A model generated the notes under the pieces. It made no database searches, was not told the DNA's origin, and saw only the letters and a list, made by a program, of their open reading frames with translations. Positions 46,501 to 54,000 of a DNA stretch of 64,000 nucleotides are shown in pieces. Source of the DNA: an archaeon (GTDB lineage Archaea; Nanobdellota; Nanobdellia; Woesearchaeales; GW2011-AR9); assembly GCA_023259115.1 (NCBI GenBank), contig JAHFQW010000005.1:2091-66090 (forward strand). The letters run 5' to 3'. How positions within the stretch are numbered: position 1 is the stretch's first letter; each line of letters starts with the position of its first letter. Made by a program: the position numbers and the translations under genes.

Positions 46501-47092
46501 CTTCGATGGTGATGGTTGCTTGGAGTATGGGGGAGGAAGGATCTAGGTCATCGGTGACTAAGATATGCAGGGGGACTTTTTCTAAATTTAATGCGCAGAC
46601 TTCTTTGGCGCATTTGTCAGCATTCATGCCTAATTGATTGAAGAAATTAGTGTAGCTCTCAAGACCGCGTTTTTTTGCTTCTTTGGTGCATTGATATTCG
46701 TTGAGATTGTACTGGCAGAATTTATCTGCGACTTTACAGCACCCAGGAGAACATTTGAGGGCGTATTGGTCTTCGGTGACTTCAGTTCCGCCTAATGAAG
46801 TGCATTTTCCGAGAGGATGTGATTGGCAGTCAATGTTACAGGTGACTGGGGCACATTCTTTGATGGTGGAACAATCTTTATTTGGAAGAAAATATTGGTC
46901 GAGGGAACAATCGGCGTATTTGTCGCAGTCGGTTTTGGCTTGGGTGTCGGTTAGGCTCTTGGCACAATACAAATCCTCGGTGGCTTTAGGATAGACATAA
47001 CAACCATTGGTTTCAGCGTAGGAAAACGAGGTTGCGACTAGTAGAAATAAAGCTAAAACTATTATAATCCAACCTCTTTTTTGGATGATCAT
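40565..47092 (-). CDS. giant (2175 aa) Cys-rich type I membrane surface protein, adhesin-like
   Basis: Layout from N- to C-terminus: signal peptide; a 14-Cys N-terminal module; carboxypeptidase-regulatory-like beta-sandwich repeats (e.g. SSDGKATLNLNPGTYSIKASAQGY); Ser/Thr-rich linkers; DxDxDG calcium-binding-type repeats (DSDGDGINNACDQC, DTDGDGLPDSWE, DSNGDGIKDTDEDYD); a TM helix IFAWVVLIIGLLLISGGIGYLIYYY; and a cytoplasmic tail of about 200 aa. Confidence 0.75.
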   Translation of the reverse strand: MIIQKRGWIIIVLALFLLVATSFSYAETNGCYVYPKATEDLYCAKSLTDTQAKTDCDKYADCSLDQYFLPNKDCSTIKECAPVTCNIDCQSHPLGKCTSLGGTEVTEDQYALKCSPGCCKVADKFCQYNLNEYQCTKEAKKRGLESYTNFFNQLGMNADKCAKEVCALNLEKVPLHILVTDDLDPSSPILQATITIEGQKDTSTTSSDGKATLNLNPGTYSIKASAQGYISTSISITISAPISPPNPAEQKIILKKAIGIADIPILVKENSLGKEIPSQAASLSWTGPTPGTGATDAAGKFTIPSLPAGKYTLIISKIKYQALSKEFTLTANQIIPTQEFLLQPAAFQGITGKIFLDENKNNQFDKKEQPAPGAKIFIDGILRGFSQSDGSYEISITFKSQSDTEKHTLSIIYGGYQSTPQSFNIKKDQTTTKDIALQTSQGICTNGVIKNVEKFSANPVPGKLQVLLQWAKPCPEVIGYEIKRITKTTNAVKEFQVSPLEISYPDIDVQWGETYTYTITATFDKKKSDKPSTQTITLGVSDCENKYDSKTGWSTFCLAGDLSTRKTIWSCTDQNQLYSLQSCGEKDAAGNDFYCAKLSSNIADCKDAGPCSTNANPFGLYYSRSSCYGTNTPQTTKNFCYYDYTNSIVDQCSSCTKISSCFDYKSKDACAINNCLSSSCNWIETGDDSSIIDYSQINLPLQANIETGAGYCVPQTYEKDDQCALCGSSTPPSTLFENTYCTADVCTNLGRCFSDSLLSQCHPCTTNSQNPQSAPSENSNCYTYVTEKECTNKEPITNTNGLIQTSKDRCHWGRCRWTGEKNVGASDCIKDSDANNEDDCASFTTQAELLACKVDNTPPKTSLAPTGKNIISYGYPQITFIGDDSLHGIGSQRSPLGELYFCLTSADANAPSSCSNFINASYNSKKVGAQPLLINLLNLTAINSKPIAGSTYKLQYYSTDKYHNQENIQESFFYVDTLPPNFEIISTPKTIKDITTLSIELSDLQEPATCIVTLTPTYPAGPSIDKPIARDQAQKIVTFENLKGILYNISASCIDDQGNLQTKEKKETFDLDQNIDIIYPGFKSVIAATEIAFKVHTDVGSTCALYNTKTNEKIIEFNLLDSEGKEHQTPLLAGFIEGEYAGDHKVVCQEILDPTKTHQDFFHFTIDFTPPSTQILLQEDKRVEMPNQYGWEEFFVNSAQVAFECQSQGFECDKTYYCLGNGCESITNSKFQEYTGPFELKNTTLICYYSTDKGKNPLYQPLCGSVQIDGYGITLEKPDLYYYNDEVWGVSKISAFPWQFYTKVPTTKCAYDFVSNYNYNDIPPFKQLTYDPITHYIVNNFPNDSASSPYPSEGGVKTLYVRCENTQSDLAPEKKMNLEYDPSPPKIIEALALPNPIIEGTTVQLTVTTDDKTVCKFSDSNQETYSLMSYAFPGAQADVPGADQHQKHILSEKHLTTYAVNTFTGLKKDFSFNIICKNGAGDLSELKNINLTVDYTQLGGVISFSPQGNILPTKDVTLQIQTSKKATCQYTPPIINNLKSNNTKTNSTSPKTNSTTNSPSSNLPSNSTSSTTMNGAGTTQHTSSLTLEEGIYKIPFLCILGEHKVQGSFTFTIDLTAPMVTKVEDGSYTCGSKDISLMVYTNKNNISQYYYEIYDLGQDKGQFSSSSYSTSPSYSSLLNINTTQDYELYYNSKNELNTKSPSSSQTSSQVSSQPSSLIGTLILNATLGPSLPLKIPTEKLNLTHRYITQIKAADLLGRWSAFVSSNGIVINSKNDSVCLNDTLPPGLNFIINQSCTLTSVELHCNDKLVGCKSLLYGQAPTEKICQATKIYTGDKLLFTTNGVICYSVTDYNDNTLSSAKTITLSDSDGDGINNACDQCTQTTNGAKAGSNGCASTDLSTSEKKKDTDGDGLPDSWEQSFDSENCPLNYKNIDSNGDGIKDTDEDYDQDSYSNYQEYTNAQNPCVADGVVKKEEKNSPPEKPTPSSPSSSSETKTNIFAWVVLIIGLLLISGGIGYLIYYYKSSPSKNSFGPGKSSFSSSSVNRPISTSTGPLGKFQSQFSAFEKRESEKIKSRARESIFGTFTKDSKSIPHIDAALQNKTPSVPTIQQLAQKYVQHKDEIQSGLTSSEKNIFAKLENIATRTTEKKNTPNITPQSAQDLFSKLKEISDKRKKKK

Positions 47093-47119
47093 TTATAGAG
47101 AATAATGAAACTTCTTTCA

Positions 47120-47127
47120 TTTATAAA
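47120..47127 (-). promoter_or_regulatory. TATA-box-like element upstream of the 2175-aa gene
   Basis: Palindromic ATTTATAAAT, 28 nt upstream of the ATG at 47092. Confidence 0.4.
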
Positions 47128-47179
47128 TGTTCCGAGCTTAAAAGAGGGTAGAAATGAGGTTTGAGGATTGGATTGGGGA

Positions 47180-48436
47180 TTAGGATTTATTTTGAGCAAT
47201 TTTGCGCAGGGTTATGATAACTTCATTGATTTCTTTTTTACGAGCGGAAGAGAGTTGGGGTGCTTTTGGAAAAGAGGGTTTGGGATAGGGGAGTTTTGAG
47301 AAAGAGGGGGAGGAGTATTTAGAATTGGGAGATGATGAAGAAGAACGGATAGTTCTAGAGAAAGGGAGAGGAGCGACGAGAGCTTGTAATTTTTCAATGG
47401 CTTTTTTCTCAACTGTTGTGAGTTTGGCAGGAATTTTATGTGATGTTTGATGATAGAGGCGAGTGAGTTGCTGTAATTTTTGCAGAGAAGTGTGGGATGT
47501 GTCAGAGAGGGCAGCAAACGCAGAGAAGAAGTCTTGGCGTGAATGTTCTTTGACTTTTTGGAGATGAGTTGCTTGCGTGGTGGAATGGAGAGGAAGGGGT
47601 TCTGGAGGTTCAACGAGCGAGGAAAGGGGAGGATTATCAGTGAGAGCATTTTCGGTATCATCTAGGTCGTTTTCTAATACTTCATTTTGTGATTCTTTTT
47701 GCGCAGAGGAAATGAGAGATGAATGATACCATAGATAGCAAATGAAGAGAATGATTCCTGTGATGAGGAAAATAAGAGAAGGGTTTGTGATGAGAACATT
47801 TTCAGAGGGAGAGATTTCTTTTTGATTATTTGATGAAGTGATTTGTGTGAGGGTTGGATCTGGTGGTGAGATTCTTGATGTGGCTTGTTTGGGAGCGGGA
47901 AGAGGAGTTACTTTTTCAGAGAGGGATTTTTCAGAGGAAGAAGTGGAATTGTTTGAATTGGCACAGAGTTGAGGGCAATTGGCGTTGTTGGTTGCGGCAA
48001 TGAATGTGAATTGTGGTGCTTCGTTGTTTCTGGCAAAATTTTCGCAGAGGCTCTTACGTTGTTGAAATGTGCAGGAGGATTGTTCTGGTTGAGAAGAGGG
48101 AATGAATTGGCAACAGCCAGTTTGGCACCAGGATTGTTCTTCTCCTGTGGGAATCGCGCCGCTGCTACATTTGCTTTGATACTCCGGTTGACAAGAGCTT
48201 TTACAAACTATTTTCTGACAGTTGGGGAAAGCGGAAGAATCTTGGCAATTTTGATTAGGTAAAAAAGAAGTTGAAAGATCGCAATCACTTATGGTGCTGC
48301 ACTCTTCTTGGGCTTGTGTTTCGTCGATGGTTTGGCAGTATAGTGTGCTTTCTGTGTAGAGAAAGCAGCCGGATTGCGAAGTAACAAGAGAAGAGAAAAA
48401 TACAAATGCAATTATGAAGATAAAAGTTTTATTCAT
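47180..48436 (-). CDS. Cys-rich type I membrane protein sharing its N-terminal module and cytoplasmic tail motifs with the 2175-aa protein
   Basis: Signal peptide and a 14-Cys module (GCFLYTESTLYC...FLPNQNC...GCC). TM helix LIFLITGIILFICYLWY. The tail carries FSAF and LQQLTRLYHQ...LTTVEKKAIEKLQ. Confidence 0.7.
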   Translation of the reverse strand: MNKTFIFIIAFVFFSSLVTSQSGCFLYTESTLYCQTIDETQAQEECSTISDCDLSTSFLPNQNCQDSSAFPNCQKIVCKSSCQPEYQSKCSSGAIPTGEEQSWCQTGCCQFIPSSQPEQSSCTFQQRKSLCENFARNNEAPQFTFIAATNNANCPQLCANSNNSTSSSEKSLSEKVTPLPAPKQATSRISPPDPTLTQITSSNNQKEISPSENVLITNPSLIFLITGIILFICYLWYHSSLISSAQKESQNEVLENDLDDTENALTDNPPLSSLVEPPEPLPLHSTTQATHLQKVKEHSRQDFFSAFAALSDTSHTSLQKLQQLTRLYHQTSHKIPAKLTTVEKKAIEKLQALVAPLPFSRTIRSSSSSPNSKYSSPSFSKLPYPKPSFPKAPQLSSARKKEINEVIITLRKIAQNKS

Positions 48437-48484
48437 GGTTTATTCGTATCTATTTGTGGTTTATTCTTGATGTGGTCGTAGTTT

Positions 48485-50995
48485 TTACGTTTTACAGGTA
48501 TATGCTCCTTGCTCATTGGGATTGTTGGAACAGGTTCCTGGTTTTTTATTTGCTATGTTGTAGCATATTTTTGATTTTGTTTTGGAAGTGCATTCTGCAC
48601 ACGTATCTCCTTTGTTGAATTTTCCATCGCTATTTATGTCTATAACGGTTGTGGTACATACATCGGCACATCCCACAGATTCATCGTAACACCAACCGGT
48701 TTCAGTGAGACTGAATGCTGCTTTTCCAGAACAAGAAGGGTTGATTTGAGTGTTTATTTTACTTTTACATTTTATTTTTGTATCGTCGCCGCAGAGAGGA
48801 ATGTTGCCAGAAGGACGATATTGTTTTTTTTCACTACAGGTATTTCCTCTTGTGCCTTCACATGTGGCATATTCTTCTTCGACTATTGCGTTCTGATAAC
48901 AACCGGGAATAGGGTTGATGAAACATTCTTCGTCTGCTTTTTTGAATGACCAGTTGAGGTTGCAGCAGTTGTGAGTTGATACAAATGGAGTGGATAAAGA
49001 AGTTTTGGAATCGATAAAATTGCTAAAATCGGTTTTTCCTTCTTTTACGCCAAAGGTGTATTGGTCATAGGGGTAGGCATACGGATGGGCGGGATCGTAA
49101 TGGGGGATGCACTCTTTTACCTCAATGGCTGCTTCTTTGGAAGATTTCTCTTCTTTCTGACAATATGAAGCGGAGAAGGATAAGCTTAATTTACCTTTAT
49201 CAGTGAGCTGGGAAAAGAGATAGGGTTGGATGTTTTTGATGTCTATATCGGTGAAGTCGTTTTTTGGTGTTTTTTCTGAGTTGAAAAAACGCACGGTGTT
49301 TGTTCCAGATGGTAGCAATAGGTCGGTAGAAGGAATAATAAATTTGAAATCTCCTGGTGAATTGGTACTAGGTAGAACGTCATATCTTAACTCGGTACTC
49401 TGTGCATTTGCGGCATCGGATTTGCTGGGTAGACTGATACTTAGAAAGACGGGGTCCTCTTGGGAGATTATATACTTTGTTGCGGAGGGGGAGAATAGAT
49501 CGGTGTATTTTTTTCCTCCAAGGAAGGTGTAGGGAAGAGAAATACTAAAATCAGTTTTCATTGGTCGATCGATTAATACGCGAACTAATTGTTGATCTTC
49601 TGCGCTATGTTCGTCGATGGCGCGAGCAGAGATGGTATGGATTTGTTCGCTGGGATCTTGGAGGTATATTCCCGGGATGGTTAAGGTGTCAGCGAAAATA
49701 TCTTTGCCCTCTTCATCATATTTTCCTGGCCAATTTTTGTTTACAAGAGTGCTTACTGAGTCAATGCGATAGGAAATACTATCTTCATCAGGATCTATGG
49801 CATGTAGTTTTATGTTTAAATCGCCTAATTCTGGATCGTCTTTGATTACAAGATAATCGTAGTTTTTTTCAGGACAGGCGGAACGATTGATGTGATCTAG
49901 TGCAGGAGGACGGTTTTGCCTGGCGATTTGAAATGAGTATGGTTGAGGTTGGGTGAGAATGTTAGGATAGGGAGATTGGAAGATGAAAATGTCGTCGCCG
50001 GTATTTGTTGTTTGTTTGTCCAGAGAGATATCGAGGGTGGTGTAGATATCAGAGAGCGTTTTGCGCTGACAGTCGTAGTATTCTTTCGTATCAAGGGTGA
50101 TCTTTTGGCATGCTTCGTTAGGGATGTCTTTGGTGTTGCCGTAGGTGAAAGAGGGTTGTTGAAGAATAGGGTGAGTGTAATTGAAATCGACATATTTTTG
50201 ATCCCATTGCAAGGGGAATAAGATGGCGGCGTTGAGGAGTTGTTGGAATTTAGTAGGATAGAAAAAATCAAAGGTAGTTAATTGGAAGAGTTCTTCGCTA
50301 CCAAGTTTGAATTTGAGAGGATATTGGACTTTGACGTTTATACCGTCGTTTTCTATACTGAGTTGCAGATCAAGATTGGTACTTTCGACTTCGGCTTTAT
50401 CAGAGATGTTACTTTTGGTGAAGTTTTCGACGCACCAAATCGTCCTATTTATTAAGAAATTTTTGAGATCTTTTTCGATGATATCTTTTTTGAGTTGCAG
50501 TTCGCCAAAGCCTACTTTAGTGTCGGGATAGGTGTATTGACAAGGTAAAGAGGCATCGAGGGTGTTGTCGCAGGGGAAAGAGTTTTCTGTCTCTTTTTTA
50601 GGATATATCTCTTTGGTGATGCCATAGGCGATGCGATTGCCGTTTTCTGAAGGATAGGTAATACCGGTAATGCCTTGGACGAAGATAGCAGTGCCGCCAG
50701 GTTGGTCTTGCCAGATTCTTCCTTGTTTTCCTAGCAGGATTAAGCCTTGTTCGAGATTATCTTGCAGGCAATCTTCAACGTAGATGCGCAGGGCTTCTTT
50801 TTTGAAGATGTTACTTAAAACTTTTTCTTGTTGTCCGGCGAGTTGTTCTTTTCGGACGCTGAAGGTGAGGGTTATGATAAATATAGCGATGAATAAGAGC
50901 ATGATGCCGAGAATCATAAAAATGGTGATTTGTCCTTTGGTAGAATATTTAATAGAGTGTTTAGTAGAATGCGATGTCAACCTCTTTTGGTACAT
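48485..50995 (-). CDS. large (836 aa) pilin-like protein with a class III signal peptide and a Cys-rich C-terminal domain
   Basis: N-terminus ...STKGQITIFMILGIMLLFIAIFIITL (a KG/Q junction plus a hydrophobic helix). The C-terminal 180 aa or so is dense in Cys. Confidence 0.55.
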   Translation of the reverse strand: MYQKRLTSHSTKHSIKYSTKGQITIFMILGIMLLFIAIFIITLTFSVRKEQLAGQQEKVLSNIFKKEALRIYVEDCLQDNLEQGLILLGKQGRIWQDQPGGTAIFVQGITGITYPSENGNRIAYGITKEIYPKKETENSFPCDNTLDASLPCQYTYPDTKVGFGELQLKKDIIEKDLKNFLINRTIWCVENFTKSNISDKAEVESTNLDLQLSIENDGINVKVQYPLKFKLGSEELFQLTTFDFFYPTKFQQLLNAAILFPLQWDQKYVDFNYTHPILQQPSFTYGNTKDIPNEACQKITLDTKEYYDCQRKTLSDIYTTLDISLDKQTTNTGDDIFIFQSPYPNILTQPQPYSFQIARQNRPPALDHINRSACPEKNYDYLVIKDDPELGDLNIKLHAIDPDEDSISYRIDSVSTLVNKNWPGKYDEEGKDIFADTLTIPGIYLQDPSEQIHTISARAIDEHSAEDQQLVRVLIDRPMKTDFSISLPYTFLGGKKYTDLFSPSATKYIISQEDPVFLSISLPSKSDAANAQSTELRYDVLPSTNSPGDFKFIIPSTDLLLPSGTNTVRFFNSEKTPKNDFTDIDIKNIQPYLFSQLTDKGKLSLSFSASYCQKEEKSSKEAAIEVKECIPHYDPAHPYAYPYDQYTFGVKEGKTDFSNFIDSKTSLSTPFVSTHNCCNLNWSFKKADEECFINPIPGCYQNAIVEEEYATCEGTRGNTCSEKKQYRPSGNIPLCGDDTKIKCKSKINTQINPSCSGKAAFSLTETGWCYDESVGCADVCTTTVIDINSDGKFNKGDTCAECTSKTKSKICYNIANKKPGTCSNNPNEQGAYTCKT

Positions 50996-51083
50996 AATTA
51001 AATATGAAACAAAGAGGACTTATAAACATTGCTTGAATGGAGAGGCTGGAGGTATGACTAGACTTTTAAGATTCATTGATATC

Positions 51084-54000
51084 TTAAGATTCTGTGGTGT
51101 TGATGCGCAGGTTGTTTGTTAACATAGGCCAGAAGAAGTCTAATCCCTTGTTGGCTTCAACGCGTTGGATGTTGTCATTCTGAGTGCAGGAGATGTATTT
51201 TTTACCGGTGGCTTTTTCGAGTAGTTCGATTTTTAATGAAGAGTCGGTGGGAGTGAGGTGATTGATGTACTCACATATTGATGTGTCAAAATTTTCATAT
51301 TCGGCGATGAGGGTTTGATTGTTGCCTTGAACTTCTTTGATGGCGGAGACTTTATGTCCAGCAATAGTTGAGAGATAGATTTCTTTCATGTTTTTTGCTT
51401 GGGTGAGGAGAGGGAATTGCTCAGATGAAGTGGTTTTTTTGTCAAAGAGGTTTTTGAACCACGAGGTGATTTGGTCGATGATGTTGCCGCTGGCGGTAAG
51501 AGGGGTTTTGGAATAGATGAGGGCATTAAGATTGGGGTCGTACCACAGATCGCCAGGTATGCCAAGGTTGTCTAAATTACATTTAACAAACGTGTCTTGG
51601 TTATTTGATTGACATACCTTGAGTTTATCAGGGGGGATGTTGAGAGCGTTGAGGAATGATTCTTTATCATCGAGAGGTTTATTTAAGGTTGTACCAAAGG
51701 CAGTTGTGAATTTGCCGTTTTCTTTGTATTTTAAGATGCAGATGTTATTTATGCAAGTATTATCTTTAGGGGGTACGAGTTTTCCTGTGGGATCGTTTAA
51801 TTTGAAACAGACATTTTGAGTGGGAGTTGTGGTGGTTGTTGTTTTCTGGCCAAGTCCCAGAGGTTGGGAAGCGAGAGGAGGTGGTTGGATGCCAAAAATG
51901 TAATTTTCTTTGTTGTCAAATTCGAGTAAAGCGTTTTGGGGAGGTGAACAGGATAAGATGTATTCATCGGATTGAGCGATTTCGAGTAGTTTTGCGGCGA
52001 CGGATTTGGTGCGTGAAGTCCACTGGCCGTTGTCGCAGTAGTGATCTAAGATAGATTCTTTGTCATTGATGCAGAGGGGAGTATTTCCTTTGGTGAAGTC
52101 GCTGGCGGTATAGCTGAGGCGTTTGGTGTTGTCTTCGCTAGATGAAGAAGGGGAGACGAAGCATTGATTGTTTTTACTGCAGAAGCCCCATTGTTCGCCG
52201 TTCCAATCCCATTTCAAAGAAGATTTTGTCCACTCGCCGTTGATGCAACGATAGTCTCGACCCGCACTGATGTGTTCGGCGTAGAATGAAGAGGTGTCCA
52301 TGGATTGTACGCAGGCGTAGCCGTTCCAACACGAGTTGTCAGGACAGCAGGAAAGACCGGCACGGGAGATCTTTTCAGGATTTTGATAGTTGTATTCTTG
52401 TACGGCGCCAAGCTCATCGATGGATTGAAGAAGAGGTTGATTTAGAGTGCAAGGACCTATGAATTGAAGGGTGATGTATGAAGCATCGGCGGTATCGAAT
52501 GGGGAAGAAGAGAGAGGAAGTGGTTCTTTGCCTGCGAGGCTGATTTTTGTGATACACTTTCCTTTGTAGGTGAATTGAATGTTGGTGTTTTTCGGAAGAG
52601 AGATACGTTCGGAGATCAGTGTTTCGTCTTTTTCAAGAGTGAGGGTTTTGTCTTTTGATCTGAGATATTCGTCTTTTAGATTTGTGCCGTCGCTCTTTCG
52701 AATTTCCCAGTGAGGGATGGTGTCAAATTGCATTTGAAATTCGGCATTGGGAATAAAGTTGCGGGTGGGAAGTACTTGAGAGGTATGATTGCGCTGCATA
52801 GGAGGAATGGGGGTATCTTTAATGTTTTGAAGCAGTGGTTGATAGGTGGAGAGGTCGAATGAATTGCCATCGGTGGTTTTTCCGTTTGTGGGGATTACGT
52901 GTTGGTAGCCGATTTCTGTTAATGGGGTGTCATCCCATGAACTGATGACGGTAAATGCATCTTTTGTCTCGCCGCGTTGCGCAGAGGGAGCGCAGAATTT
53001 TTGGCCTAATGTGGAACAGGAGGGTTTGTTGTTTGTTGCAGTTATTTTATTATTGGCAATGAGATACTCTGCGGCGTTGCAACCATAGAATCCGGCGGTT
53101 AGACCGTCGCTGGTGAAGAGGACTTGCTGGGCGACTTTTTTGGCTTTGATGTTGCCGGTGGTTTTGAAGTTGTTATGAGTTGAGTCTATGAGCGTTTCTT
53201 TGAGATTTCCTTTGTCATCTTTTTCTATGAAGTATAATTCGTAGAGATCGGGATGAGGATTGGTGATGGTGTACGGTGGAAGACCAGGGAGAGGATAGAG
53301 ACAGGTGGAAGAGGAGCAGGGGTAGAGAAGGTTCTGATTTTTTGGGGTATTGGTCAAGCTTATATTGATTTTTTGAGTTGATGCAACAACAGAAATATTA
53401 GAGAGAAGAGAGTCATCAATAATGTCAATTCTAATATCAGGGTTATCAGAAGTGATAGCAAAAAGATCGGCATAATTACCAAACCGGGCAAAACTAAATA
53501 GAATTCTTTTTTCGCCAAAGATGAGATTGTTTTCTTCAAATTTAGTTTTTTCTTTTTTTGAATTTAAAACAAATCCATATAAATTCATATTAATTTTATG
53601 GGGTTGATGGGGTGAATATTGCTCCTCGGAAAGTAATGATAAGTTGACTTTATCTATAAATTGGTTAATGAGGGATTCAGGATGTGGACAATTGGTGAGA
53701 TGTGTATCACATTCAGCGGCAAAAAAGAGAGGAGGTGTATTCCCTACTTTTTTTCCTTCTCTGGCAAATGTAAAATAAGCATATGTTTGATCTGATTTAA
53801 ATTCATTGTAATTAGACCAACTTAAACCAGAAATAGCATGAATATCATTATAATACCCAGGAATTATTGAAAGAGAGTAAGATTGTATATTAGTAACGGG
53901 GTTGAATGGAAAATCACATTTTGAAGGATAGCCTGGTGTATTTTCTTTGTCTTTGGAGCAATAAGAGATGGAACTGTCTTGTTTAACATCTAAAAACCAA

